Both the position numbers and the translations under genes were made by a program. Below, piece by piece: positions 1-10,648 of a stretch of 64,000 nucleotides of DNA. Position 1 is the stretch's first letter; every line of letters begins with the position of its first letter. Under the pieces are notes generated by a model. The model was not told the DNA's origin. It did not search any database and worked only from the letters and a program-made list of their open reading frames with translations. Location of the stretch: positions 24,988 through 88,987 of the forward strand of contig JAZLLA010000053.1 of the NCBI GenBank assembly GCA_045597895.1. Reading direction: 5' to 3'. This DNA comes from Candidatus Cryptobacteroides sp. Its GTDB lineage: Bacteria; Bacteroidota; Bacteroidia; Bacteroidales; UBA932.

Positions 1-895
1 GGAAGGCAAACCGCGCGGACTCGCAGAGGATGTCAGCGACGAGGAGAAGAAGGCCGCAAAGGCAGCCGTAAAGGAAAGCCAGAAGGAGTTCGTGAAGCAC
101 CTCGCTTCATACGCCGACTGCTATATCAACGACGCTTTCGGAACAGCACACCGCGCTCACGCTTCCACCGCCCTCATCGCCAAGTACTTCCCGAATGACA
201 AGATGTTCGGCTACCTGATGGAAGGCGAGATCAAGGCCATCGACAATGTCCTCAAGAACGCACAGCGTCCTTTCACTGCCATCATCGGCGGTTCCAAGGT
301 ATCCAGCAAGCTCGCAGTCCTCGAGAACATGCTCGAGAAGGTCGACAACCTCATCATCGGCGGCGGTATGGGTTATACCTTCATCAAGGCACAGGGCGGC
401 AAGATCGGTATCTCACTCCATGAGGATGACCTCATGCCACAGGCTCTCGAGATCCTCGCAAAGGCAAAGGAGAAGGGCGTAAACATCTTTATCTCACAGG
501 ATACCGTTATTGCTGACAGCTTCTCCAACGATGCAAACACCCAGGTGGTCCCTACCAACGACATCCCTGACGGATGGGAGGGAATGGATGCCGGCCCTAA
601 GTCCATCGAGGCTTGGGAGAAGGTTATCCTCGGCTCCAAGACCCTTCTCTGGAACGGTCCTGTAGGTGTATTCGAGATGCCTACCTTCGCCAAGGGTACG
701 CTCAAGATCGCCGAGCTCCTCGCTCAGGCCACCCAGGCTGGCGCATACTCCCTCGTAGGCGGCGGCGACTCTGTCGCAGCAGTCACCCAGATGGGTTATG
801 CAACCAAGGTCAGCTATGTCTCCACCGGCGGCGGCGCCATGCTCGAGGCTCTCGAGGGCAAGGACCTCCCTGGTATCGCAGCAGTCCGCGAATAA
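1..895 (+). CDS. pgk: phosphoglycerate kinase, C-terminal part (5' end lies outside the window)
   Basis: The frame is open from the window edge to TAA at 893-895. Motifs [34 protein letters not shown] and STGGGAMLE are classic PGK signatures. Confidence 0.9.
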   Translation, partial: EGKPRGLAEDVSDEEKKAAKAAVKESQKEFVKHLASYADCYINDAFGTAHRAHASTALIAKYFPNDKMFGYLMEGEIKAIDNVLKNAQRPFTAIIGGSKVSSKLAVLENMLEKVDNLIIGGGMGYTFIKAQGGKIGISLHEDDLMPQALEILAKAKEKGVNIFISQDTVIADSFSNDANTQVVPTNDIPDGWEGMDAGPKSIEAWEKVILGSKTLLWNGPVGVFEMPTFAKGTLKIAELLAQATQAGAYSLVGGGDSVAAVTQMGYATKVSYVSTGGGAMLEALEGKDLPGIAAVRE

Positions 896-924
896 AGAAG
901 AAAAATTTCCCTATCTTTGCAGAT

Positions 925-3348
925 ATGGGAAACAGAATGATACTTACCGCTCTGAGCGTATGCGTCACATTGACTGCGTACGCTCAGAGTTCTTGTTTGA
1001 GGTATGACCGTCCTGCCTCGAGTTTCAACGAGGCCCTGCCGATAGGCAACGGCCACATAGGGGCTATGGTCTATGGCGGAGTCGAGGACGAGCTCCTGAA
1101 TCTGAACGAGTCCACCCTCTGGGGCGGCCACAAGGCCGATAACGACCCTCTCCCCGACGGGCGTGCCCAGCTGGAAAAGGTCCGCGAGGCGCTTTTCGCG
1201 GAAGACTGGGAGGGAGCCAGGGAGCTCCTCCCCCCTCTGCAGGGCCCCAATGCCTCTGCCTATCTTCCGATGGGCGACCTCCATATCAGACAATCCTTGA
1301 ATCCCGGCCGCGCCGAAGACTATCAGCGCACTCTGGACCTTGAGACTGCTGTCGCCGGCGTGAAGTTCACCGTGGGTGGTGTCGATTATTCCCGCGAGTA
1401 TTTCACATCATTCACCGACCGTGTCCTGGTGATAAGGCTGACCGCTTCGGAGAAAGGCATGCTGAATTTCTCCCTTGACGGTGATTCCCCTTGGCGCGGG
1501 GTCAGGGTCGAGGGCATCGCTGACGATGAGTTCACAGTAAGCGGCCAGCTCGGCTGGTATATGGGCTCCGACGGCCAGTATCCTTATATCTGGGTGGGTC
1601 CGGACGGAGGGAAAGGGATGCGCTACCAGTACAGGGTCAAGCTCGTCAAATGCGACGGCCAGTGCTACACGGCCCCCGGCCTTCGAGTCAGCCGCGCCAC
1701 CGAGGCGGTGATAATGGTTTCCGCCGCCACCAGCTTCAACGGCTTCGACCGTGACCCGGACATCTCCGGCGTGGATGAAAAGGCCTTGGCTATGCGTTTT
1801 CTCAATGAGGCTGCCGCCAAGAATCCCGTGGACCTGCTGACAGCGCACGTGGATGCCTACAGAGACCTCGCCGACCGTGTCCGGCTGGACCTCGGAACCG
1901 GCCAGCAGCCGGACTCTCTCACCACCGACCGCCGTCTCGCCCGCTATGCGGACGGAGAGCCGGACCCGGGCCTGGAGGAGCTCTACTTCCGTTTCGGGCG
2001 CTACCTGCTGATCAGCAGCACCAGCCCCGACGGTGTCCCGGCCAATCTCCAGGGCATCTGGAACAATTCCCGCTACCCGGCCTGGGGCTCGGAATACACC
2101 ACGAACATCAACCTTGAAATGAACTACTGGCCGGCCGAGCCCCTGGCCCTGTCCGAGCTCGCCGCGCCTCTGTTCCGCTTCATAAAGGACTGCTCGGTCA
2201 ACGGCACCGAAATCGCCGCCAACCTCTACGGAATGCGCGGCTGGACAGTCCACCACAACTCCGACATCTGGGCTACCGCCAATCCTGTCGGCGAGAAGGA
2301 GGGCGACCCGATGTGGGCCAACTGGGCGTTGGGAGGAGCCTGGCTCAGCCAGCACCTCTACGAGCACTACCGCTTCACGCTTGACCTGGATTTCCTGCGT
2401 GACACTGCATATCCGCTGATGAAGGGGGCCGGGGAGTTCCTGCTCGACTGGCTTATAGAGAAGGACGGAGAGTTCATCACCGCCCCTTCCACCTCCCCGG
2501 AAAATGCCTTCATCGACGATAATGGGAACAAGGGAGTGGTGACCATAGGCTCCGCGATGGACCTTGAAATCGCCTGGGACCTTCTGACCAGTCTTATTGA
2601 AGCCGGTGAAATACTTGACACTGACGCCCGGCTGCGTGAGAGATGGGCTGACGTGCGCTCCCGCCTCCATCCTCTTCAGATCGGGAGGAAGGGCAATCTC
2701 GTGGAGTGGTACAAGGACTGGGAGGACGTGGATCCGGAGCACCGTCACGTGTCCCATCTGTTCGCCCTTTATCCGGGGCGGGAGATATCCCCGCTGTCCA
2801 CTCCGGAACTTGCTGATGCCTGCAGGCGGGCCCTTGAACTCCGTGGAGATGGGGGCACCGGCTGGAGCAAGGCCTGGAAAATCTGCTTCTGGGCCCGCCT
2901 TTTCGACGGGGACCACTCGTATCTGATGTTCCGCGAGCTTCTGTCCAAATCCACTCTTCCGAATCTCTTTGACAATCATCCGCCGTTCCAGATTGACGGC
3001 AATTTCGGGAGCATCGCAGGATTGTCGGAGATGCTGCTGCAGAGTCAGAACGACGAGCTGCACCTGCTTCCGGCACTGCCTTCGGCGTGGCGGAAGGGCT
3101 CCGTGAGCGGCCTGCAGGGACGCGGAGCGTTCACTGTAGACCTGAGATGGAGCGACGGACGTCTGGAGGGTGCGACAGTATTGTCCCGGAAGGGAGGGGA
3201 GTGCAGGGTGAGGACTTCCTGTCCGGTGGCGGTCAGGCGCGCCGGCCGCGGGAAGATGGTTTCTTCGCAGACTGCCGCGGATGGCAAGTATTTTGTTACT
3301 GTGTTCCGGACTTCGGCGGGCGAGAAATATTCCCTTGTCGCGAATTAA
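925..3348 (+). CDS. glycoside hydrolase family 95-like enzyme (alpha-L-fucosidase type), secreted
   Basis: ATG at 925 follows the pgk stop. Signal peptide MILTALSVCVTLTAYAQS. Motifs LPIGNGHIGAMVYGG, NESTLW, ANLQGIWN, TTNINLEMNYWPAE, HRHVSHLFALYPG and GWSKAWKICFWARL match my memory of GH95. The 613-924 part of the tracked ORF overlaps pgk and is not coding. Confidence 0.75.
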   Translation: MGNRMILTALSVCVTLTAYAQSSCLRYDRPASSFNEALPIGNGHIGAMVYGGVEDELLNLNESTLWGGHKADNDPLPDGRAQLEKVREALFAEDWEGARELLPPLQGPNASAYLPMGDLHIRQSLNPGRAEDYQRTLDLETAVAGVKFTVGGVDYSREYFTSFTDRVLVIRLTASEKGMLNFSLDGDSPWRGVRVEGIADDEFTVSGQLGWYMGSDGQYPYIWVGPDGGKGMRYQYRVKLVKCDGQCYTAPGLRVSRATEAVIMVSAATSFNGFDRDPDISGVDEKALAMRFLNEAAAKNPVDLLTAHVDAYRDLADRVRLDLGTGQQPDSLTTDRRLARYADGEPDPGLEELYFRFGRYLLISSTSPDGVPANLQGIWNNSRYPAWGSEYTTNINLEMNYWPAEPLALSELAAPLFRFIKDCSVNGTEIAANLYGMRGWTVHHNSDIWATANPVGEKEGDPMWANWALGGAWLSQHLYEHYRFTLDLDFLRDTAYPLMKGAGEFLLDWLIEKDGEFITAPSTSPENAFIDDNGNKGVVTIGSAMDLEIAWDLLTSLIEAGEILDTDARLRERWADVRSRLHPLQIGRKGNLVEWYKDWEDVDPEHRHVSHLFALYPGREISPLSTPELADACRRALELRGDGGTGWSKAWKICFWARLFDGDHSYLMFRELLSKSTLPNLFDNHPPFQIDGNFGSIAGLSEMLLQSQNDELHLLPALPSAWRKGSVSGLQGRGAFTVDLRWSDGRLEGATVLSRKGGECRVRTSCPVAVRRAGRGKMVSSQTAADGKYFVTVFRTSAGEKYSLVAN

Positions 3349-3381
3349 TGTTATCTTTGTCGGACAAATCGATTGAAATCT

Positions 3382-4242
3382 ATGCTGGATTTGATGTTTG
3401 TGCACTGGCACGTTGACCCGGTGCTGTTCCATATCGGAAGCCTTGGTATCAGGTGGTACTCCCTTCTTTTCGTGTCGGGATTCATCATCGGATGGTACAT
3501 CTTCAGGGGGTTCTTTCGCAGGGAGGGTATTTCCGAGGACCTTCTGGACCCGCTTCTCTATACGCTTCTGATAGGCACTATCGTGGGAGCGAGGCTCGGG
3601 CACTGCCTTTTCTACCAGCCCGACTATTATCTCGGCAGCTGGCAGGGTTTCTGGGAGATATTCATGCCGTGGAAGGGCGGTCTCGCCAGCCACGGCGGAG
3701 CCATTGCCCTGATCCTGGCAATGTGGTGGTATGCAAGGCATTACGGGAAGAAAAACGACTTCGATTTCCTCTGGATAATGGACCATCTGTGCATCACGGT
3801 GGCGTTCGCCGGATGCCTTATCCGTCTGGGAAACCTCTTTAATTCAGAGATATACGGTGACGTGACGAACCTTCCTTGGGGATTCATCTTCGACCTCAGG
3901 GGCGAGACTGAGCCGAAGCATCCGACCCAGCTTTACGAGTCGCTGTCATACCTTGCACTCGGGCTCATACTCGTGTGGCTGTACAAGAAGAAGCTGGACA
4001 AGCTCCCTAGGGGCATTTTCTTCGGCCTCTTCCTCATCGGCTGCTTCGGGATGCGCTTCCTTATCGAGTTCATCAAGGAGCCTCAGGTGGGCTTCGAGGA
4101 GACGATGGTCCTGAATATGGGACAGCTGCTCTCGCTGCCGTTCATCATTGCCGGCATAGGCATACTGGTGATGGCTTTTGTGCGCAAGGTTCCGGCACGC
4201 GCGGTGCATGATGCCAGGGTGCGGAAGCCGCAGGGAAAATAA
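3382..4242 (+). CDS. lgt: prolipoprotein diacylglyceryl transferase
   Basis: Polytopic membrane protein with GIRWYSLLFVSGFIIGW, GARLGHCLFY, GGLASHGGAI and HPTQLYES motifs typical of Lgt. The first ATG is at 3382; the tracked ORF starts at a TTG at 3373. Confidence 0.85.
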   Translation: MLDLMFVHWHVDPVLFHIGSLGIRWYSLLFVSGFIIGWYIFRGFFRREGISEDLLDPLLYTLLIGTIVGARLGHCLFYQPDYYLGSWQGFWEIFMPWKGGLASHGGAIALILAMWWYARHYGKKNDFDFLWIMDHLCITVAFAGCLIRLGNLFNSEIYGDVTNLPWGFIFDLRGETEPKHPTQLYESLSYLALGLILVWLYKKKLDKLPRGIFFGLFLIGCFGMRFLIEFIKEPQVGFEETMVLNMGQLLSLPFIIAGIGILVMAFVRKVPARAVHDARVRKPQGK

Positions 4243-4269
4243 TTTTAAAATTTTTTATTAATTATTTGG

Positions 4270-4308
4270 AAGTTGTTGCAAATGGAACGATATTTGCAAC
4301 AACTTTTT
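4270..4308 (+). terminator. rho-independent terminator after lgt
   Basis: Perfect 14-bp stem AAGTTGTTGCAAAT (4270-4283) / ATTTGCAACAACTT (4292-4305) with an 8-nt loop, running into a T5 tract. Confidence 0.7.
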
Positions 4309-4340
4309 GTTGTGCAATAGATTATTGAGAATTATTACAT

Positions 4341-5780
4341 ATGAAGAAAACGTTAGTAGTCGCTGTCCTGCTGGGCTTTATGATTCCGCAGGCCGGTTTT
4401 TCGCAGGAAGTGCCGTCGGATGACGCCCCTACTGTCCTGACACTTGAGGACGCTGTCAGAATCGCCCTGAGCGAAAATGTGGCAGTCAAGGTGGCAGACA
4501 AGGAGATTGAAAGGAGCCAGTATGCCAGGAAAGGCTCATATGCAGCCCTTTTCCCTCAGGTGGACGGCTCGGTGTCATATTCCCGTACCATCAAGAAACA
4601 GGTAATGTACATGGACTTTGACATGAGCGCCATGGGTGGTGGCGGCATGGGCGGTGATACCGCCGATCCTGCCGAAGTTGCCACCCGCGCAGCCGATGCC
4701 AAGGCCAAGGGTACTACCCCCGGCGGTGGAATCGAGGTGGGCCGCTGGAATACTTATTCCGCCGGTATCACCGCTGGGATGCCGCTGGTGAATGCGCAGC
4801 TCTGGAAGAGCCTGAAGATTTCCGGCCAGGACGTGGAGCTTGCCGTTGAGAAGGCCCGCTCATCACGCCTTGAGACCGTGACCCAGGTGAAGCAGGCTTT
4901 CTATGGCGTCCTCCTGGCCAAGGAGGCTTTCAACGTCTACAAGGAGGTCTATGAGAACGCTCTCGCCAGTTTCGAGCAGACCGAGAAGAAGTACAAGGCT
5001 GAGAAGGCTTCCGAGCTGGAGTATCAGAGAGCCAAGTCCACCCTGCAGAACGCTATCCCTAACGTATACGATTCAGAGAACTCCATCTACCTCGGGCTCT
5101 GGCAGCTCAAGGCCGTGATGGGAATTGACCTTGATGACAATATCGACGTGGCCGGTTCCCTCGGGGATTTTGCCTCCCAGCTGCTTCAGGGCGTCGCTGT
5201 GGAGGACGGTATCTCCCTTTCCGACAACTCGGCCCTCCGTCAGCTCGCCATCCAGGCGGAAGAGCTGGCGAACAACATCAAGCTCCAGCAGTATGCGTCG
5301 CTTCCTTCACTGAACCTCCAGTTCTCTTACAGTCTCAACGCCATGACCAATGACTTCAAGTTCAGCGAATACAACTGGTCGCCTTATTCAGCGGTGGGTC
5401 TGAGCCTTTCAGTGCCGATCTTCGCCGGCGGCAAGCGTCTCAACGCCGTCCGCCAGGCCAGGGTCCAGTACGACGAGCTCAAGATGCAGAGCGACAACAC
5501 CGAGCGCCAGCTCCGTATCGCCATCCGCCAGTATCTCAGCCAGATGGAGACCTGTATGAAGAACTACGCTTCCGCTCAGATCGGAGTGGAGACCGCAAGG
5601 AAGGCGTACGAGATCGCTGTAAAGTCCTACAATCTCGGCAGCAGCACCATCACCGAGCTTAACAGCGCCCAGCTTGCGCTCACCCAGGCCCAGCTCGCAG
5701 AGTCCCAGGCCATTTACAATTTCGTAGTCGCCAGGGCTTCCCTCGAGCAGACCCTCGGAAACGATTTCACTGAAGAATAA
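4341..5780 (+). CDS. TolC-family outer membrane efflux protein
   Basis: Signal peptide, 479 aa, a two-fold coiled-coil/beta-barrel repeat pattern of the OEP family, and first position in an MFP-RND operon. Confidence 0.8.
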   Translation: MKKTLVVAVLLGFMIPQAGFSQEVPSDDAPTVLTLEDAVRIALSENVAVKVADKEIERSQYARKGSYAALFPQVDGSVSYSRTIKKQVMYMDFDMSAMGGGGMGGDTADPAEVATRAADAKAKGTTPGGGIEVGRWNTYSAGITAGMPLVNAQLWKSLKISGQDVELAVEKARSSRLETVTQVKQAFYGVLLAKEAFNVYKEVYENALASFEQTEKKYKAEKASELEYQRAKSTLQNAIPNVYDSENSIYLGLWQLKAVMGIDLDDNIDVAGSLGDFASQLLQGVAVEDGISLSDNSALRQLAIQAEELANNIKLQQYASLPSLNLQFSYSLNAMTNDFKFSEYNWSPYSAVGLSLSVPIFAGGKRLNAVRQARVQYDELKMQSDNTERQLRIAIRQYLSQMETCMKNYASAQIGVETARKAYEIAVKSYNLGSSTITELNSAQLALTQAQLAESQAIYNFVVARASLEQTLGNDFTEE

Positions 5781-5795
5781 AAACAGAACAATATA

Positions 5796-6839
5796 ATGAA
5801 AGCAGTAACAAGGACAATTCTTTTCGCTTCAATGGCAGCCCTCGCAGTGTCCTGCGCCGGCAAGAAGAACGCCCAGGAAGCGGCTCCGGCCGAGATGCAG
5901 GCCGTTGTGACCAATGTGGAAGTATACCAGACCAGGTATGAGGATGTGCCTCAGACGGAGGTCTATTCCACCAATATCCAGGCATACGCAGTCAACAACG
6001 TCGTGCCTCAGAGCGGTTCCAGAATCAAGAAGATCAATGTAGAGGTCGGCGACTTCGTGTCCAAGGGCCAGATCCTCGCCGAAATGGACCAGACCACCCT
6101 TCAGCAGACAAAGATGAAGCTTGACAACGACGCCGTCGAGCTCGCCCGTCTCAAGGAACTCTACGAGAGCGGCGCTCTCTCAAAGTCCGACTACGACGCA
6201 GCCCAGCTCGCTTTCAACGTCAGCAGCTCACAGTATGAAAACCTTTCCGAGAACGCCATCCTCCGTTCGCCTATCTCCGGAGTCATCACCGCTAGGAACT
6301 ATGATGCCGGCGATATGTACGCGATGTCCTCTCCTATCTATGTCGTCCAGCAGATCACTCCGGTCAAGCTCCTCGTAGCAATGTCCGAGACCGATTACTC
6401 GAAGATCGACACCGGCGACGTCGTGGAGATCACCACCGACGCCCTTGCCGACAAGCAGTTCACCGGAAAGATCAACAGGATCTATCCTACCATCGACCCT
6501 GCCACCCATACAGTTACCGTGGAGATCAGTGTCCCTAACAATGACAGGGTTCTCCGTCCGGGAATGTTCGCCCGCGTGAAGGTGACCTTCGGTGTCAACC
6601 ACAGCATCGTCATCCCTGACGTGGCGGTGGCCAAGCAGCAGGGTTCGGGCCAGAAGATGGCTTTCGTTGTCAATGGGGACAATACCGTCACCAGCAGGAT
6701 GATAACCCTCGGCCGCCATTTCGGCCAGATGTACGAGGTGCTCAACGGACTCGATGAAGGTGAAAGGATAGTGTCCAGAGGCCATACGGCCCTCAGGAGC
6801 GGTGATGAAGTCAACGTAATCAGAGAAGAAGCATTATGA
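5796..6839 (+). CDS. efflux RND transporter periplasmic adaptor (membrane fusion protein)
   Basis: Lipoprotein signal (LAVSCAG). Biotinyl-lipoyl-like hairpin motif GDFVSKGQILAEMD followed by a coiled coil and beta-barrel domains. The stop overlaps the RND permease start (ATGA). Confidence 0.8.
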   Translation: MKAVTRTILFASMAALAVSCAGKKNAQEAAPAEMQAVVTNVEVYQTRYEDVPQTEVYSTNIQAYAVNNVVPQSGSRIKKINVEVGDFVSKGQILAEMDQTTLQQTKMKLDNDAVELARLKELYESGALSKSDYDAAQLAFNVSSSQYENLSENAILRSPISGVITARNYDAGDMYAMSSPIYVVQQITPVKLLVAMSETDYSKIDTGDVVEITTDALADKQFTGKINRIYPTIDPATHTVTVEISVPNNDRVLRPGMFARVKVTFGVNHSIVIPDVAVAKQQGSGQKMAFVVNGDNTVTSRMITLGRHFGQMYEVLNGLDEGERIVSRGHTALRSGDEVNVIREEAL

Positions 6840-9800
6840 GCATATACAGGAAAGCGGTGAACAACCCCGTGACCACGGCATTGATTTTCATTGCCTTCGT
6901 GGTCTTCGGAGTGTTCTCCCTCGTTAAAATCTCAATCGCGCAGCTGCCGGACTTCGACGCGAACACCATCCTGGTGATGTCGTCCTATCCGGGACTCAGC
7001 GCCGCGGATATTGAAACGAACCTTACGAAGGTTCTTGAAAACACATTGAACGGTGTCAGTGACCTGAAGAGCATGACCTCCACTTCAAGGGAGAACACCG
7101 CCCTTATCCAGCTCGAGTTCCGTTATGGAATCGACATAGAGGAGGCCACCAACAACGTGCGTGACAAGCTGGATATGGTGAACTCGTCGCTGCCTGACGG
7201 CGCGACGGTTCCGGTCATCTTCAAGTTCAGTGCTGACGATATGCCTATCATGATCCTCTCGGCCACTGCCGAAGAGAGCCTTCCGGGACTGGACAAGATA
7301 CTTGACGACAAGATGGTGACTCCTCTTGCACGAGTCAACGGCGTAGGTACCGTATCAGTGACCGGTGCCCCTACCCGTGAAATCCAGGTTTACTGCGACC
7401 CTAACAAGCTTCAGGCTTACGGTCTGTCGGTAAGCACCATCTCCCAGATAATTGCCGCTGAAAACAGGAACGTCCCTTCAGGAAGCATCGACATCGGATC
7501 GGATTCGTATTCCCTCCGTGTCCAGAAGGAGTTCCAGGACCCTTCAGAGCTTCTTGACATAGTCCTCGGCTCAGTGGGTGGCAGAATCATCTACCTCCGT
7601 GATGTCGCCACGGTCCGTGACGGCAGCCAGGAGAAGGAGATGGAGTCCTACACCAACGGTGCCCGTTCTGCACAGATCATCATCCAGAAGCAGGCCGGTG
7701 CCAATACCGTCGATGTCATCAAGAGCGTGAAGAAGCAGCTCAAGGTCATCGAGAAGACCCTTCCTCCTGACATTCAGGTGACCACCGTCATCGACTCTTC
7801 CGACAATATCATCAACACTATCGATACCCTCAAGGAGACCATCCTCATCACGTTCATCGTGGTTATGCTCGTGGTGTTCATCTTCCTTGGAAGGTGGAGG
7901 GCGACTTTCATCATTGTCCTTTCCATCCCTATCGCCCTGCTTGCGTCGCTGGTTTATCTGTTTGCGACGGGCAATACCCTGAACATCATCTCGATGTCGG
8001 CCCTTTCGATTGCCATAGGTATGGTGGTGGACGATGCCATAGTGGTGCTGGAGAACGTTACGACGCATCTGGAGAGGAACGAGAAGCCGAAGGAGGCCGC
8101 TGTGCACGCCACTTCCGAAGTTGCCATCTCGGTTATCGCTTCCACCCTTACAATGCTCTGCGTGTTCCTGCCTCTCACTATGATGACCGGTATGGCCGGA
8201 CTGATGTTCAAGCAGCTGGGATGGATCGTCAGTATCATTATGATCGTGTCCACGACCGCGGCTCTGACCCTTGTCCCTATGCTCTGCTCCCGCTTCCTCA
8301 AGGCGGGTCCGAAGACAGGCAAGCTCCACGTCGCCATCTTCACTCCGATCAACAAATGCCTTGATGCCATTTCCAACGGTTACGCCAAGCTTATCGGCTG
8401 GTGCACCACCCACAGGGCAATAGTCATCGTTTCGGCGCTTGTAATATTCATATTCTCGCTCGTTGCATTCCTTCCTGGACTTGAGACCGAGTTCTTCCCT
8501 CGTTCCGACGAGGGCCGTCTCACAGTGAACGTCGAGCTTCCTGCCGGTACAGCCCAGGAGGTTACCGGAGAGTTCGCCCAGAGATTCTATGCTCAGATGA
8601 AGGAGGATATCCCGGAGATGGTCATCTGCAGTATGAGCTATGGTCAGGCCGATGCTTCCAACGCTTTCGCAAGCATGAGAAGTAACGGTTCCAACGTCCT
8701 TTCGTTCAACGTGAACATCGGCAGTATGGAGAAGCGCCAGCGCAGTTCGACCCAGATAGCCGATATCATCCGTGCCGACCTGAGGCAGTATCCTGAGGTC
8801 AAGAAGGCGCGTGTGAGCGAAGGTATGGGCGGTATGGGCGGCGCTTCCACCCTTGACCTTGAAATCTACGGATATGACTTCCAGACCACCGACGATGTGG
8901 CACAGATGCTCAAGGAGAAACTCTCCAGTGACCCTTGCTTCACCCAGGTGACTGTCAGCCGTGACGAATATACCCCTGAGTTCCAGGTGGACTTCGACAG
9001 AACGAAGCTTGCACTCAACGGTTTGAACTCGACTACCGCAGGTGCGGCCTTCAGTGCTGCGATGAGCGGCTCCACAAGTTCATACTACCGTGAGGAAGGA
9101 GAAGAGTACGGTATCAGGGTCCGTTATGCTCCTGAGTTCAGAACCAGCGTCGAGGATATCGAGAACATCATCCTTTACAATGCTGCCGGACGGGCAGTCA
9201 GAATGAAGGAGCTCGGCACCGTCGTCGAGGCGAAGGTTCCTCCTACCATCGAGAGGAAGGACCGTGAAAGAGTCATCACCGTGACCGGTATCGTGGCGGA
9301 CAAGGTGCCTCTCAGCAAGGCTGTCGAGTCGGCTCAGAAGACCATCGATTCCTCCAGCATTCCTTCAGAACTTTCTGTGGTTATCGCCGGAGACTATGAG
9401 GACCAGCAGGAAATGTTCGGAGACATGCTTCTCCTCATTGTCCTGATCATCATCCTTGTATATATGGTTATGGCATCGCAGTTCGAGTCGTTCATGAGTC
9501 CGTTCGTGATCATGTTCTCAGTGCCGTTCGCACTTACGGGTGTGCTTCTCGGTCTCTGGACTTCCGGAACAGCCCTTGGAGTCATGGCCCTCATCGGTAT
9601 CATCATCCTTCTCGGTATTGTAGTGAAGAACGGTATTGTGCTCATCGACTATACCATTCTCTGCCGTGAGAGAGGAATGAGCGCCATCGAGGCATCCGTG
9701 ACAGCTGCAAGAAGCCGTCTGCGCCCTATCCTTATGACCACCCTTACCACCGTGCTCGGTATGGTGCCTATGGCTGTCGGTCACGGAGAAGGTGCTGAGA

Positions 9801-9928
9801 TGTGGAACTCACTCGGTGTCACCGTCTGCTGGGGACTTTCAGTCTCTACATTGATCACCCTCGTCATCATCCCGACCATCTACTGCTCGTTCGCAGTAAG
9901 GCAGGAGAAGAAGAAATCAAAAGCATAA
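6836..9928 (+). CDS. efflux RND transporter permease (AcrB/HAE1-type)
   Basis: 1030 aa with 12-TM topology and two large periplasmic loops. Conserved TM4 region SIAIGMVVDDAIVVLEN and TM10-like GIVVKNGIVLIDY. Confidence 0.9.
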   Translation: MSIYRKAVNNPVTTALIFIAFVVFGVFSLVKISIAQLPDFDANTILVMSSYPGLSAADIETNLTKVLENTLNGVSDLKSMTSTSRENTALIQLEFRYGIDIEEATNNVRDKLDMVNSSLPDGATVPVIFKFSADDMPIMILSATAEESLPGLDKILDDKMVTPLARVNGVGTVSVTGAPTREIQVYCDPNKLQAYGLSVSTISQIIAAENRNVPSGSIDIGSDSYSLRVQKEFQDPSELLDIVLGSVGGRIIYLRDVATVRDGSQEKEMESYTNGARSAQIIIQKQAGANTVDVIKSVKKQLKVIEKTLPPDIQVTTVIDSSDNIINTIDTLKETILITFIVVMLVVFIFLGRWRATFIIVLSIPIALLASLVYLFATGNTLNIISMSALSIAIGMVVDDAIVVLENVTTHLERNEKPKEAAVHATSEVAISVIASTLTMLCVFLPLTMMTGMAGLMFKQLGWIVSIIMIVSTTAALTLVPMLCSRFLKAGPKTGKLHVAIFTPINKCLDAISNGYAKLIGWCTTHRAIVIVSALVIFIFSLVAFLPGLETEFFPRSDEGRLTVNVELPAGTAQEVTGEFAQRFYAQMKEDIPEMVICSMSYGQADASNAFASMRSNGSNVLSFNVNIGSMEKRQRSSTQIADIIRADLRQYPEVKKARVSEGMGGMGGASTLDLEIYGYDFQTTDDVAQMLKEKLSSDPCFTQVTVSRDEYTPEFQVDFDRTKLALNGLNSTTAGAAFSAAMSGSTSSYYREEGEEYGIRVRYAPEFRTSVEDIENIILYNAAGRAVRMKELGTVVEAKVPPTIERKDRERVITVTGIVADKVPLSKAVESAQKTIDSSSIPSELSVVIAGDYEDQQEMFGDMLLLIVLIIILVYMVMASQFESFMSPFVIMFSVPFALTGVLLGLWTSGTALGVMALIGIIILLGIVVKNGIVLIDYTILCRERGMSAIEASVTAARSRLRPILMTTLTTVLGMVPMAVGHGEGAEMWNSLGVTVCWGLSVSTLITLVIIPTIYCSFAVRQEKKKSKA

Positions 9929-9931
9929 ACA

Positions 9932-10225
9932 ATGAAAGCGATATTCATATCATACAACCAGGCTTACAACGAGGAGATCGTTGAAGTCCTTGAGGCCAAC
10001 GGCCAGCGCGGCTATACCGCCTGGCAGGACATCCAGGGAAGGGGAAGCGAAGACGGCATCCCGCATCTGGGGAACCATGCATGGCCTGAGATGAACCACG
10101 TCATCCTGACTGTCGTCGAAGATGGCAAGGTGGACGGGATACTCGCAGACCTTAGGGAAAGGGACCGTCAGTATGAGAAACTCGGCCTCCGCGCATTCGT
10201 ATGGACCGTTGACTCCATCATATAA
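9932..10225 (+). CDS. small transporter-associated protein (PG0541-like, P-II-type fold)
   Basis: 97-aa ORF starting 3 nt after the RND stop. It resembles the small protein I recall trailing Bacteroidota RND operons; the call rests on memory and synteny only. Confidence 0.45.
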   Translation: MKAIFISYNQAYNEEIVEVLEANGQRGYTAWQDIQGRGSEDGIPHLGNHAWPEMNHVILTVVEDGKVDGILADLRERDRQYEKLGLRAFVWTVDSII

Positions 10226-10240
10226 GGTCCGTCCTCAGAC

Positions 10241-10271
10241 TTTGGATTCCAATCATAAATTTTTATATTTG
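10241..10271 (+). promoter_or_regulatory. Bacteroides-type sigma-A promoter for trxA
   Basis: TTTG (10241-10244), 19 nt, then TATATTTG (10264-10271). This matches the TTTG / TAnnTTTG consensus and lies 40 nt upstream of the trxA ATG. Confidence 0.4.
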
Positions 10272-10286
10272 TGATTGGAATTTTTT
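10246..10286 (+). terminator. possible terminator hairpin after the efflux operon
   Basis: 10-bp stem ATTCCAATCA (10246-10255) / TGATTGGAAT (10272-10281) followed by a T run. The 16-nt loop is large, so the call is tentative. Confidence 0.4.
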
Positions 10287-10310
10287 ATTATGCCCTAATT
10301 CGCTTTGTTT

Positions 10311-10628
10311 ATGGCTACTGTGATTGACAACAACAATTTTTCGGAACTGGCCTCTGCTGGCCGGCCCCTTCTTATTGATTTCTGGGCGCCTTGGTGCGGC
10401 CCTTGCCGTATGATGTCCCCTGTTGTGGAGGAGCTCGCCCAGGAGTATGAGGGCCGTGTCATCATCGCGAAGTGCAACGTTGACGATGCGGAGGATGTGG
10501 CGGCACAGTTCAATATCAGGAACATCCCCACGCTTGTTCTTATGAAGGGCGGACAGCTTGTGGATAGATTCGTCGGGGTGGTGGCCAAGAAGGATATCGC
10601 GGACGCCCTGGAATCCATGCTTCGTTAG
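10311..10628 (+). CDS. trxA: thioredoxin
   Basis: 105 aa with the WAPWCGPCR active site and full thioredoxin fold pattern. ATG at 10311; the tracked ORF begins at an upstream TTG. Confidence 0.9.
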   Translation: MATVIDNNNFSELASAGRPLLIDFWAPWCGPCRMMSPVVEELAQEYEGRVIIAKCNVDDAEDVAAQFNIRNIPTLVLMKGGQLVDRFVGVVAKKDIADALESMLR

Positions 10629-10648
10629 AAAACTCAACCTACTGGAAT

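Noticed and set aside
613-924. N-terminal 104 aa of the tracked 911-aa ORF
   Set aside because: It overlaps the pgk coding frame and translates to Arg-rich nonsense. A signal peptide begins at the ATG at 925, just after the pgk stop.
1408-3786. 792-aa ORF on the minus strand
   Set aside because: It lies entirely antisense to the well-supported GH95 and lgt genes. The translation is Arg/Pro/Gly-rich with no motif. It is a typical shadow ORF of GC-rich coding DNA.
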